62,997 nt of DNA, filler included, from an uncultured Methanosarcinales archaeon (GCA_964485195.1; 3 parts of 3 records of this genome joined end to end with filler, not necessarily neighbours in it); one strand, 5' to 3'. Shown: positions 40,636 to 50,313, counted from the whole stretch's first letter. Program-made: numbers and translations. The notes: generated from the sequence alone by a model not told the origin.

Positions 40636-41615
40636 TTTTTGTCAGTCTCCTGTTTTTTCAGCTTATACAGTATTTCTTCCTGCGTTATATTCATCCTTTT
40701 CAGCATATCCGCAAGTAACCCGAGAATAATAAGCGACAGTCCGGAGATTATGAAAAAAATCGAGACGTTAAACAGCGTTCTGATAGGAGTTGTCATTAAA
40801 TGAGTTGCCCAGAACCAGAAGGAATAACCAGCCCCCCCGAGACCTGTGAGAAACAATATTAATCCCGGCATTCCAAAGAAAGTCAAGGGCTGCGTGTCCC
40901 TGGTTGCCTTTGCTATAATTCCAAGGCTTTTCAGCCCGTATCTTATCAGCTTGCTTGAGATTGCTGATTGCCTTTTTTTAAAGTACTTAACCGCCAAGGG
41001 AATTTCTTTAATTCTCATCCCTTTCTCGGCAAGATCAATAAAAACTTCCTGGGTATATGTAAAAGCGCCCTGCAGGTTCAATCTAAGCGCTGCCTCTTTT
41101 GAATAGGCGCGAAACCCGCATTGCGTATCTGTGAAATTGTCACCTGCTATTTTACTGACTAATCTTGTAAACTTTTTATTACCCCATTTTTTAACCCAGG
41201 GCATGTTTGTCACCAAGTCCGGATTTATGAATCGCGAGCAAGTTACCATATCCGCCTCCTTGGCTAATATCGGCTGGATGAGGGAGGGAATATCATCCGG
41301 ATTAAACTGGCCGTCAGCGTCTATATTTACAATAACATCCGCCCCAAGTTTCAGGCAATGCTCAACCCCATTTTTGAAATTATAACCAAGCCCTTTTTTC
41401 TTGTTCAAGAAAACCCAGTCAGCTCCGGCTTTTTTGGCAATTTCAGCTGTTTTGTCTGTGGAGGAATCGTCCATTACAAGGATTTCTATATCCTTAATCC
41501 CAGGTAATTTTCTGGGAACCCTGCTTATAACAGAGCCGATTGTTTTTTCTTCGTTATACGCTGGAAGCATAACAACAAGTTTCAATTTCTCCACCCTCTG
41601 AGAGAAACACTTCAA
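40632..41615 (-). CDS. GT2 polyprenol-phosphate glycosyltransferase (DPM synthase-like); true start may be the TTG near 41585
   Basis: PAYNEE, DDSSTD, DADGQF, DTQCGFRA, 2 C-terminal TM. Confidence 0.9.
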   Translation of the reverse strand: MKCFSQRVEKLKLVVMLPAYNEEKTIGSVISRVPRKLPGIKDIEILVMDDSSTDKTAEIAKKAGADWVFLNKKKGLGYNFKNGVEHCLKLGADVIVNIDADGQFNPDDIPSLIQPILAKEADMVTCSRFINPDLVTNMPWVKKWGNKKFTRLVSKIAGDNFTDTQCGFRAYSKEAALRLNLQGAFTYTQEVFIDLAEKGMRIKEIPLAVKYFKKRQSAISSKLIRYGLKSLGIIAKATRDTQPLTFFGMPGLILFLTGLGGAGYSFWFWATHLMTTPIRTLFNVSIFFIISGLSLIILGLLADMLKRMNITQEEILYKLKKQETDKK

Positions 41616-41693
41616 TAAATCCCATAAAAAACTTTTTTATTATCTTTTTCAGGAGAAAATAAATTTATAATGAAGGGTAATTAACCATAAAAA

Positions 41694-42170
41694 ATGCTAA
41701 GGAAAACTGTGGGGAGTGCTATTACTATCCTGATAATCCTGTTTTTGTTAATGCTCGGCCCTGTTAACCTGAAAGAGCCTTCCAAAATGCTGCACCAGAC
41801 CAATGCTTACGGGTATGGCGGTGGCGGCGGTCACAGCTCTCCTGTGATGGTTGGCTGGAGGCCTTCAGGAACAGAGGTTGAAGAGGAGGAAGAAATAATT
41901 AATATTTCTGAAGAGGTAGAAGCAGAGGAAGATGAGCTTGCGCAAGAACCCGAGACTGCAGAGGAAGCTGAGGAAGTAAAGGATAGCTTGGGAGAGATTA
42001 CTGGAGCGGTTGTGGGAGAACCTTCCACAAACGAGACTGAAAAAGAAGGGGTAATTGCAGGGCTTAACGCTGCATCTCTTGTGACGAGCATAATGGTGCT
42101 GGCAGCCATAGTTTTAGCGTTGGGCTTTTGGCTGAAACGCAGAAAGGAAAAGAAGAGGTTTGAGCCTTAA
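41694..42170 (+). CDS. short acidic surface protein (signal peptide, YGYG-G5, ITGAVV, C-terminal TM)
   Basis: sequence composition and hydrophobic termini. Confidence 0.7.
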   Translation: MLRKTVGSAITILIILFLLMLGPVNLKEPSKMLHQTNAYGYGGGGGHSSPVMVGWRPSGTEVEEEEEIINISEEVEAEEDELAQEPETAEEAEEVKDSLGEITGAVVGEPSTNETEKEGVIAGLNAASLVTSIMVLAAIVLALGFWLKRRKEKKRFEP

Positions 42171-42178
42171 AAAAAATT

Positions 42179-45100
42179 TTATCTTCCCAGCTCCTGCTCT
42201 TTTTCATAGATTTTCTGTGCTGTTTTCAGGACAGCGTCAGGGCTTAATGAAATTGAATCAATTTCCTGCTCCACTAAAAATTCTGCGAATTCAGGGTATG
42301 TTGAGGGGGCATCCCCGCATATCCCTATCTTCCTGCCCTTTTCCTTGGCCTTCTTGATGACTTCCGCCACAAGGGATTTAACAGCATCATTTCTTTCATC
42401 AAAAATGTGCGCTACCAGCTCTGAATCACGGTCAACTGCAAGAGTAAACTGGGTAAGGTCATTGCTTCCTATTGAGAAGCCGTCAAACAGGTCCGCGAAC
42501 TGCTCTGCGAGTATGACATTTGCAGGCACCTCGCACATCACGTAAACCTGCAAGTCGTTCTCTCCCTTTTTCAGCCCGTTCTTTTCCATTTCAGCAAGGA
42601 CTTTCTTCCCTTCTTCCAGTGTTCTGCACATTGGAATCATTACCTTGAGGTTCTTCAGGCCCATCTCATCCCTTACCTTCTTTATTGCCCTGCACTCAAG
42701 GGCGAATCCTTCCCTGTAATTTTTTGAATAGTATCTTGATGCGCCCCTCCACCCTATCATTGGATTGCCCTCTTCTGGCTCAAACTGCGGGCCTCCTATT
42801 AAGTTGGCATACTCGTTTGTCTTGAAATCAGAAAAACGCAAGATGACATCCTTGGGGTGGAATGCTGCTGCAATCATCCCCACTCCCTGGGCAAGCTTGT
42901 CAACAAAGAATTCCTCCCTTGACCCATAACCCTCTGTCAGTTTCTGTATCTTCTGCTTTGCCTCCTCATCCTCTATCTTGTCAAAATGAAGGAGGGCCAG
43001 TGGGTGTGCCTGTATGTATGATGTTACTATGAATTCCTCCCTTGCCAGGCCGACACCTTCGTTGGGCAGGAAGCTCTGGCTGAATGCCTCATCGGGATTG
43101 CCCACGTTAATCATCACCTTTGTCTTGGGCCTGCCCATCTTGCTAAGGTCTGTTTTCTCAATGTCAAACTTTGAAATGCCCTCATAAACATATCCTTCCT
43201 CCCCCTGGGAGCAGTCCACTGTCACTTTTTTCCCCTGCTCCACAGCTTCGGTTGCATTTCCGGTTCCCACAATGCACGGAATTCCCAGCTCCCTGGAGAC
43301 TATTGCCGCGTGGCAGTTATTTGCTATCACCGGAGTATACCTGTCTGTGAAAACGAGATAATTGTGATTGCCTTCAACAGTTATATTATAAACATCAACC
43401 AGGCCTAAATCCTTCTCAAAAGAACACCTTTGCATCCTTGTATCTGAATCTAAAATTTTCCTGATATTGCTTTTTTGGGATTCAGTACAAATTGGCAATA
43501 TATTTTTTCCAATCTTTTCTGAGTCTATAAGCAGGTTTTTATCAAAATAGGGCTTTATCCTGCCTTTGCAATTTATTTTGTTTATGTCCTTTAAAACTTG
43601 TCCGGCAGCAAAAAATCTTGTTCCAAATTTTGTTCTTGAAACCTTGCCTTTTACCCTTTTGGTAAACCTGAAAATTTCTGCAATCTTTTCAACAATCTGA
43701 ACATTGTGAATGGACCTGTTGCTGGAAACTTGTGGAACAATTCCAAGCCTTAAACAGCCAACCATAACTGCTTGTAGCAATTGTTCGTTGCTGATGTAAA
43801 TATTAACCCTTCCGGAGTTCTGATTAAAATAGCCGTCCCCGTCAATAACCCCAGCCAGAAAATTAAAAATAAGTTTTTCGTCTGAGACTAAGAGAGTATG
43901 AACCAATCCTTGCTTTTCTTTTAATAGCTGCTCTGCAATTGATTTTGAGTAACACCTGTAAGCATTAGCCTGTCCTTTAGCTTGCTTTCCTCTTATAAAT
44001 CCATCAGAAACTTTTTTTGTTGAAACTGAGAACCTTTTGCCATAGGCTTTCTCTAAACTTTCCTGAACTGCTTCTATAAACTGCTGCTTCTCTTCTGTTG
44101 GTTTTTGTATAAACTGCACCTCTCCGTGCGTTCTTGACAAGTAAATATGCCCGTCAGTGCTGACAGCTCCCAAAAGATATGCTAATTTTTGCTCCTTTTC
44201 AGAAGATTCTGAGAGAGAAGGTATTTTCTGCGCCAATAACAACATTTGATCATCGCTCAATAAATCCTGTATTTCTTTTGAAATAAGCTCCCCTCTCTCA
44301 TAAGTCAGCATCTTATGATCTGGAGTTAATCTCAAATGATTGTTTTTCATTCTCCCGGTCTGAGAAGTGGATATTTCAATTGCTTTTGCTTTTCTTTTCA
44401 TTGTAGCTACTATCGGATTCCACTCGATCTTTAAAGTCTCTCTGTTAAGGGAAGGGACAAGAATGCCTTCGTAATCATTAAACACTTCCTTAAAGGTCTT
44501 GAATCCCTCGCTTGTCAGTATTTTTGTATCGCCTGTGAAACAGGTCCTGCCTCCCCTGTTTGTAACAATTGCGGATGCTATTTTCATTATGGGAACCCAG
44601 TCAGGATCTGTCATCTCAGTGACGAGAACCTGTCCTTTCTTGAACTTGTGAATCTCCTTTACGTCCTTTATTATGTTGGCCTCTCCCTGCCCTATCTTGT
44701 CACCTACACTTTTTCCTTTTGTAAGGATCTCTCCTTTTTCCTTTATCACGTACTGCTCAAGCACGTTCCTGTCTTTCTGGCTCTGGACAGTCTCGGGCCT
44801 TGCCTGGACTATGAACAATTCATTCATCTCGCCGTCCTTTGCCCACTCCATGTCCATGGGCTTGAAATGGCCTGCCTTTTCTGAATAATGGTCTTCAACA
44901 ATCACCGCCCATTTTGCAAGAGTCAGTATTTCATCGTCTGTCAAGGAGAATCTTTTCCTGTCCTTTACCTCCACATGAACATTCTTTGTTGGCTTTGTGC
45001 CCTCCATTGAATAGACCATCTTTATTTCCTTGCTTCCGAGGGACTTTTGTATTATGGGCCTGTAACCCTCTCTTAATGTTGGCTTGAAAACATAGAACTC

Positions 45101-45814
45101 ATCAGGGTTTACCGCGCCCTGAACAACGTTCTCCCCAAGCCCGTAAGCTGAGTTTATCAAGACTGCGTTGGGAAACCCCGACTCTGTGTCTATTGAGAAC
45201 ATAACCCCTGAGGAGGCAAGGTCTGACCTTACCATTTTCTGCACTCCTATTGAAAGCAATACCTTGAAATGGTCAAATCCTTTTTCCTGCCTGTAGTAGA
45301 TTGCCCTGTTGGTGAACAATGATGCGAAGCATTTCTTGCAGGACTCCAGCAAAGCCTGCGCTCCCTTTATGTTAAGGTAGGTTTCCTGCTGCCCTGCAAA
45401 GCTTGCGTCAGGCAGGTCCTCAGCAGTTGCAGAACTCCTTACAGCAACATCTGTGTTGTCGCCGTACTGCTTGCAGAGGTTGATGTAAGCTTCCACTATC
45501 TTATCCTTCAGTTCCTGCGGAAGCTCTGCTTCCATTATTGCCTGCCTTACTTTCTGGCCGTGCTCTGCAAGGTTTTTTACATCAGAAGTGTCAAGTGTTC
45601 CCAGGATTTTTCTTATTTTTTCTTCTGTTCCTGTTTTCTCAACAAAATACTTGTAGGCGTGGGCTGTCACGCAGAAGCCGTTTGGTATTTTAACACCTTT
45701 AGGGGCAAGGTTCTTGTACATCTCCCCCAAACTGGCATTTTTTCCTCCTACAATGCCAACATCCTCAATGCCGACCTGGTCAAACCAAAGGATAAATTCA
45801 GTATTCTTATCCAT
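42179..45814 (-). CDS. ppsA: phosphoenolpyruvate synthase, intein-containing
   Basis: VGGKNASLGE, RSSATAEDLP, QARPETV, GGRT/CHAAIVSRE, FSIGSNDLTQ; GAGGTG SD before 45814. Confidence 0.97.
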   Translation of the reverse strand: MDKNTEFILWFDQVGIEDVGIVGGKNASLGEMYKNLAPKGVKIPNGFCVTAHAYKYFVEKTGTEEKIRKILGTLDTSDVKNLAEHGQKVRQAIMEAELPQELKDKIVEAYINLCKQYGDNTDVAVRSSATAEDLPDASFAGQQETYLNIKGAQALLESCKKCFASLFTNRAIYYRQEKGFDHFKVLLSIGVQKMVRSDLASSGVMFSIDTESGFPNAVLINSAYGLGENVVQGAVNPDEFYVFKPTLREGYRPIIQKSLGSKEIKMVYSMEGTKPTKNVHVEVKDRKRFSLTDDEILTLAKWAVIVEDHYSEKAGHFKPMDMEWAKDGEMNELFIVQARPETVQSQKDRNVLEQYVIKEKGEILTKGKSVGDKIGQGEANIIKDVKEIHKFKKGQVLVTEMTDPDWVPIMKIASAIVTNRGGRTCFTGDTKILTSEGFKTFKEVFNDYEGILVPSLNRETLKIEWNPIVATMKRKAKAIEISTSQTGRMKNNHLRLTPDHKMLTYERGELISKEIQDLLSDDQMLLLAQKIPSLSESSEKEQKLAYLLGAVSTDGHIYLSRTHGEVQFIQKPTEEKQQFIEAVQESLEKAYGKRFSVSTKKVSDGFIRGKQAKGQANAYRCYSKSIAEQLLKEKQGLVHTLLVSDEKLIFNFLAGVIDGDGYFNQNSGRVNIYISNEQLLQAVMVGCLRLGIVPQVSSNRSIHNVQIVEKIAEIFRFTKRVKGKVSRTKFGTRFFAAGQVLKDINKINCKGRIKPYFDKNLLIDSEKIGKNILPICTESQKSNIRKILDSDTRMQRCSFEKDLGLVDVYNITVEGNHNYLVFTDRYTPVIANNCHAAIVSRELGIPCIVGTGNATEAVEQGKKVTVDCSQGEEGYVYEGISKFDIEKTDLSKMGRPKTKVMINVGNPDEAFSQSFLPNEGVGLAREEFIVTSYIQAHPLALLHFDKIEDEEAKQKIQKLTEGYGSREEFFVDKLAQGVGMIAAAFHPKDVILRFSDFKTNEYANLIGGPQFEPEEGNPMIGWRGASRYYSKNYREGFALECRAIKKVRDEMGLKNLKVMIPMCRTLEEGKKVLAEMEKNGLKKGENDLQVYVMCEVPANVILAEQFADLFDGFSIGSNDLTQFTLAVDRDSELVAHIFDERNDAVKSLVAEVIKKAKEKGRKIGICGDAPSTYPEFAEFLVEQEIDSISLSPDAVLKTAQKIYEKEQELGR
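43316..44542 (-). mobile_element. 409-aa intein with LAGLIDADG homing endonuclease
   Basis: starts CFTGDT, block B LTPDHK, LLGAVSTDG and FLAGVIDGDG, block F VYNITVEGNHNY, ends ANN before extein Cys. Confidence 0.95.
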
Positions 45815-45926
45815 TAATACACCTCTTTTTACCATTTTTAATCTCCGCCCCTTTTAAAAAGCTTTGTTAGTATTTGATAATGGGAAATGAAAACCATTTT
45901 ATATTCCATTTGCATTCAGGAGAAAA

Positions 45927-46094
45927 ATGAAAGTCAAAAAATGCCCGCAGTGCGGCTCCCTCAACATAGTTATGGACATAGGCGGGATTACAGGGACCTG
46001 GAGATGCAAGTCCTGCGGATATGTTGGAACATTCTTTGTGGAGAAGAAGATTGATGAGAAAGAAATAGAAAAGGCTAAGAAATCAAAGGATTAA
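45927..46094 (+). CDS. 55-aa zinc-ribbon protein (not in the ORF track)
   Basis: MKVKKCPQCGS...WRCKSCGYVG; AGGAG SD upstream. Confidence 0.8.
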   Translation: MKVKKCPQCGSLNIVMDIGGITGTWRCKSCGYVGTFFVEKKIDEKEIEKAKKSKD

Positions 46095-47746
46095 CCGCAG
46101 GCTCCTGAAGCAACCTGCTGTGCCGAGGCGGATTCTATCACATTGTCGCATCCTGCTGGCTTTTCCGCATCAAAGGAATTGCACATTGCGCCCAGTATGG
46201 AATTGGCGTCCCTCTGCCCATTGTAAGCCTGGCCCTCTATGAATATCGTTGGCGAGCCCTGCACCCCGAGCAGCTGGTTCAGTTCCTTTTCCTTTGCAAG
46301 CAAATCAACTGCCTCGTTCTCCTCGCAGTCGCTTATTGTTTGCACATCAAGATTCAGGTTCTCTGCCACTGGCTGCCAGCAGCTGTCTGCATTCTCAGCT
46401 GTGCATCCTGAATTCATCGCCCTTGCAAACTCAAACCATTCTTCTGTTCCGTAATGTTTGTTAACGCACAATTCCCGGACACCCTGATTTAATTCTGTGA
46501 GCCCGTGCATTGAGCAGTATTCTTGTGAATCATCAAGGCAGAAGTCAGGGCCTCCATAATTTGAGTAAATGACATAATGGGGGTTGAAATCCGCGCTGTC
46601 CCCTATTTCATTGTAAACCTCTTCAATAATCTCTTCAGCTATGTTTCCATAAGGGCAGTAGCTCATCACGAAGAAGTCTATCTGGGGCCTGTTGTCTCCC
46701 AGTTCAACACCTATTTTCTGAAGCATTTCCTGCCTTTTTTCCTCGCTCACAAAATGGGTTGCGCCTGTAACTTCGTCGAGAAGCTTGTATCTCCCATTTG
46801 TTTCTTCAAACAAAGCCCTGACTTTCTCATTGCTCTGCCAGATGTAGGACTGCTCGATGTTTTCACCAAATATGAATGCGGGCACGACCTGAAGATTGTG
46901 TTGTCCAACCAATTCCTTCCCTTCCCTCGTGCCTATGTCAACCTGTTCAACATCAAGGTTGAGGAATATCTGTCCCAGGGAACCAATTATTTGCGCAGGA
47001 TCGCAGTTTGCGCAGTCTTCATCATTCACAACTGTTAATGCTACCTGTGCATCCTCCTGATATTCGCATCTTGCATCTTCAGTTCCCGGATTAACGCATT
47101 GGGGAATCTTGCCTTCCTTTGGAGGGCAGTCAGCAGCCTGCGTGCATTCAGCAATCTCTTCGCAGGCAGGGTCGTTGACATACTGGCATATCGCCCTTGT
47201 GAAGGATTGCGCATTTCTCTGGCCATTGTAATCCTCTCCGTTTATCTTTATTGTAGGGCTTCCCTGGGCTCCTGCCATCTCTGATTTTTGGAATGACTGC
47301 TCAAGAAGCTGCTTTCCTTCCTCACCGTCATAGCACTCCATTATTGCCTGCTTGTCAAGATTCAGCTCATCTGCGCAGGCCTCCCAGTTGTCAGGAATCA
47401 GGTTAGGATTCTGGTTCATGCACACAACAAGGTCCATGAAATTTTCAGGCTCATATTTTATTGCGCACGCCTGCACCATGTCCCCCCTCCATTCTGGCTC
47501 GCCGTGAAGTGACTGAAATGTTTCCAAAGAATCGCCTCTTCCTATGAAATGAAGATTGAAATCAACAGAGCCCCTGAGGGTGGCTAGGACAGGAGCTATT
47601 GCATTTTCTGCCTGCACTCCGTAAGGGCACTGCGACATTACATACATGTCAACAACTGCCTTGTCTGACTTGGCAACATAACCAGTACTGCAGCCTGCAA
47701 TAATAACTGTCAATAATGCCAGTAATGTTAAATGAACATTTTTCAT
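46091..47746 (-). CDS. lipoprotein with duplicated GILT/DsbA-like thioredoxin-fold domains
   Basis: lipobox IIAGC; MSQCPYG and MSYCPYG; S(L/M)HG..E; GSPTI cis-Pro loops; central CANC domain. Confidence 0.8.
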   Translation of the reverse strand: MKNVHLTLLALLTVIIAGCSTGYVAKSDKAVVDMYVMSQCPYGVQAENAIAPVLATLRGSVDFNLHFIGRGDSLETFQSLHGEPEWRGDMVQACAIKYEPENFMDLVVCMNQNPNLIPDNWEACADELNLDKQAIMECYDGEEGKQLLEQSFQKSEMAGAQGSPTIKINGEDYNGQRNAQSFTRAICQYVNDPACEEIAECTQAADCPPKEGKIPQCVNPGTEDARCEYQEDAQVALTVVNDEDCANCDPAQIIGSLGQIFLNLDVEQVDIGTREGKELVGQHNLQVVPAFIFGENIEQSYIWQSNEKVRALFEETNGRYKLLDEVTGATHFVSEEKRQEMLQKIGVELGDNRPQIDFFVMSYCPYGNIAEEIIEEVYNEIGDSADFNPHYVIYSNYGGPDFCLDDSQEYCSMHGLTELNQGVRELCVNKHYGTEEWFEFARAMNSGCTAENADSCWQPVAENLNLDVQTISDCEENEAVDLLAKEKELNQLLGVQGSPTIFIEGQAYNGQRDANSILGAMCNSFDAEKPAGCDNVIESASAQQVASGACG

Positions 47747-47798
47747 TATACCACCCTTTAAAAGAACTGCTTGGCAGGTGATATTTAAAGTTTGCGCA

Positions 47799-48359
47799 TC
47801 AGGATTCTGATTTTTTAACGCAGTATTCTTCAAATTTTTCCCTGCTTACTATGGACAGGTCTATCGGGCAGGCCCTTGAATTTTCTGGTTTGGTCACGTT
47901 AAGGATGAACCTTTCCTCCAATGGAAGGTCAAAGTAGGCTCTGTTATATTCATCTGTCAGGTGTTCCACACCTATGTTAACCTCTGCAGCCCCTCTTCCA
48001 TATTTTATTATGGGCTCACCTGTTTTTGAAGCCTGGATTAGATGTCTTGCTAGCTCTTCAAGAACAGGTTGTTTTCCCACTGCAAGCAGGTCTACATCAC
48101 TATGAGTTCTTCCTGGTTTGTTAAACAAGGGATTTTTTATAACGCCCCCTCCAAGGTACATAGAAACTGCTCTCTCGGGCAGGGTCAAGTTCTTACATTG
48201 CCCTATGCTCATACCTGAGTGTTGTACATACTTTATTACTTCAGAGGCGGGCCTTCTTTCCGGCGGCCTTAGTAAATGTTCATATTCAGAAAAATTATAA
48301 AAATTGATTTCAATTATGGGGGATTCCCGCGGACTTATTTCCAGTAGTTGCTTGTCCAT
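47799..48359 (-). CDS. putative divergent Pol-beta-fold nucleotidyltransferase
   Basis: YLGGG...SDVDLL...PIDL. Confidence 0.55.
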   Translation of the reverse strand: MDKQLLEISPRESPIIEINFYNFSEYEHLLRPPERRPASEVIKYVQHSGMSIGQCKNLTLPERAVSMYLGGGVIKNPLFNKPGRTHSDVDLLAVGKQPVLEELARHLIQASKTGEPIIKYGRGAAEVNIGVEHLTDEYNRAYFDLPLEERFILNVTKPENSRACPIDLSIVSREKFEEYCVKKSES

Positions 48360-48470
48360 TTTTAATTTGGTTATTTCAATCCCCTATATAAATACTTCTA
48401 TACTATAACCATCATATGATAGTAAATTTAATTTCACCACCTTTAAATATTACCTCTCCACATCCAGGAC

Positions 48471-49133
48471 ATGAAAAAGCTGGTTTTAATCCTCATACTG
48501 CTGATATTCCCATTGCTGGGGCTGGCTGACGCCCCTGCAAAAAACTGCTACGAGAATTACACCGCAATAAGGTGCGGGTCTCAACAGATACTCTCTGCAG
48601 AGCAATACTGCCCCAACATCAGCATTGAGGTAAGGCAATGCCGCGGGGACGGGGAAAACATAACAATAGTGTTTTCCGGCATAGAATCATTCAGGATAAC
48701 AAATGAAAGCTCTGACCTGGTTTTCGGCTTTTACTCCAGGAACTGGGCCTGGGCAGGCAAAACCCTGCCGGAAAACAGCACCATAACAATTAACAGGACA
48801 GACTACGTTGTAAGAACATCATTCAAAGACAGGAAAATAGAGTCTGTCCAGATAACAGTGCCTTTCTGCTATAACAAGCTGGATCAGGAAGGCAAAAAGC
48901 TTTATCCAAGAACACAGGCAGGAAAGACCTGCTCTGTAAGCAAAGCTGCTGAAAAAACAGGGGTTGAAGACATAATAAGGGAAAATGAAAGTGCAAATGC
49001 AACATTCAATCCCAACAAGACAAAAAAGGAATATAATGAGAGAGCAATAAATGAAAACTGGGTGCTGGCAGCAATAGCACTGATAGCGATAATAGCCGGC
49101 TATTTCGCACTGAAGGAAAAAAGGAAAAGATGA
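48471..49133 (+). CDS. secreted Cys-containing protein with C-terminal TM
   Basis: signal peptide, C-terminal TM with basic tail. Confidence 0.75.
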   Translation: MKKLVLILILLIFPLLGLADAPAKNCYENYTAIRCGSQQILSAEQYCPNISIEVRQCRGDGENITIVFSGIESFRITNESSDLVFGFYSRNWAWAGKTLPENSTITINRTDYVVRTSFKDRKIESVQITVPFCYNKLDQEGKKLYPRTQAGKTCSVSKAAEKTGVEDIIRENESANATFNPNKTKKEYNERAINENWVLAAIALIAIIAGYFALKEKRKR

Positions 49134-49387
49134 AATACAATCTTGAGCTGGAAAGGGCTGTTAAGGAGATAAAAAAGGCAAAAGCAAGAACCGTGTGCGT
49201 GCAGCTGCCTGACGGGCTCAAGCCGGTGGCAGACGACATTGTCAATTATCTTGAGAAGAACACGGATGCTGAGGTAAGCATATGGCTGGACTCCTGCTTT
49301 GGAGCCTGCGACGTCCCGCAGCTTGACGTGGATTTATTGATACAGTGGGGGCATACAGAATTCCCCTGGAAAAAGCAAAATGATTGA
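49130..49387 (+). CDS. dph2: diphthamide synthesis Dph2 N-terminal domain only (85 aa)
   Basis: QLPDGLK, SCFGACD, LLIQWGH. Confidence 0.85.
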   Translation: MKYNLELERAVKEIKKAKARTVCVQLPDGLKPVADDIVNYLEKNTDAEVSIWLDSCFGACDVPQLDVDLLIQWGHTEFPWKKQND

Positions 49388-49847
49388 CTATTTTTTGACA
49401 CTGACAATAGCATTTGCAGGTGTTTTTGCAGGGGGATTATTGGCCATTATCTCCCCTGAAGAGCTGAAGCCAGGGGAAAAATACTGGAAAATTCTCAAAT
49501 GGGTCTTGCTTGCTGTCATTATCACAGTGCTTTTTTATTTCTCACAATTGATAATATATGCGATAATAATCACCGCCCTCCTGGTATATCTTAAGATTAT
49601 AAACAGGGAATACCCTGCCCTCGCCTTCGTGTTCTTTTTGTCAGCTTACGAAGGCTTTTTGTTCATTGCATCCTCCCTCATATTCATTTACGGGCTGCCA
49701 GCAGGGACTTTGGATGCGAAGCAAATCATCGGGCAGAAATCAAAGGGAAAGCTGAAAAAGGCTATGCTCCTTGTAACAAAAAAGAATGTTTCTTACCTCA
49801 TAATCGGGGCGGCGCTCCCAATCATAATGTATTTTCTTACAGGCTAA
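49380..49847 (+). CDS. polytopic membrane protein
   Basis: multiple TM; SPEELKPG and YGLPAG motifs. Confidence 0.75.
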   Translation: MIDYFLTLTIAFAGVFAGGLLAIISPEELKPGEKYWKILKWVLLAVIITVLFYFSQLIIYAIIITALLVYLKIINREYPALAFVFFLSAYEGFLFIASSLIFIYGLPAGTLDAKQIIGQKSKGKLKKAMLLVTKKNVSYLIIGAALPIIMYFLTG

Positions 49848-49895
49848 ATCAAACCATAACTTTCTGTGCCGGTAATTAACCTGTCTAACCCCCCC

Positions 49896-50291
49896 CTACA
49901 CAAAGCTTATCAAGAAAGCAATTATGATTCCTATGACAGCCCCTGCTACAACCTGGGCAAGGGTGTGGCCCTCAAAATACCTCAGCTTTTTCTTCAGCGT
50001 GTAATTGAGCGACTGGGTCACAATCCCTATCTGCCTTCTTGAAGTCATCGCATCATACATTATGATTATTGCCACGAAAAGGGCAAGCACGAAAAGGTTG
50101 GAGAAGCCTTCAGCAAGATAAATCATTGTCGTGACTGCAAATATTGTTGCTGTATGGGCGCTGGGCATCTTTCCCGGCAGGACAAGCATCTTTGCCCTGA
50201 ACTTTCCTGTCCTGACGCCTTCAATCAGGAACTTCAGGAACTGGGCAGCAAACCAGGCCACAGCCCCTGCCAATAATATCCTGAATGCCAT
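49896..50291 (-). CDS. divergent PAP2 family protein (DUF212)
   Basis: AQFLK, MPSAHTA, MYDA, GHT..QV..GA. Confidence 0.88.
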   Translation of the reverse strand: MAFRILLAGAVAWFAAQFLKFLIEGVRTGKFRAKMLVLPGKMPSAHTATIFAVTTMIYLAEGFSNLFVLALFVAIIIMYDAMTSRRQIGIVTQSLNYTLKKKLRYFEGHTLAQVVAGAVIGIIIAFLISFV

Positions 50292-50313
50292 TTTATTGTT
50301 TCTTGATTGCTTT

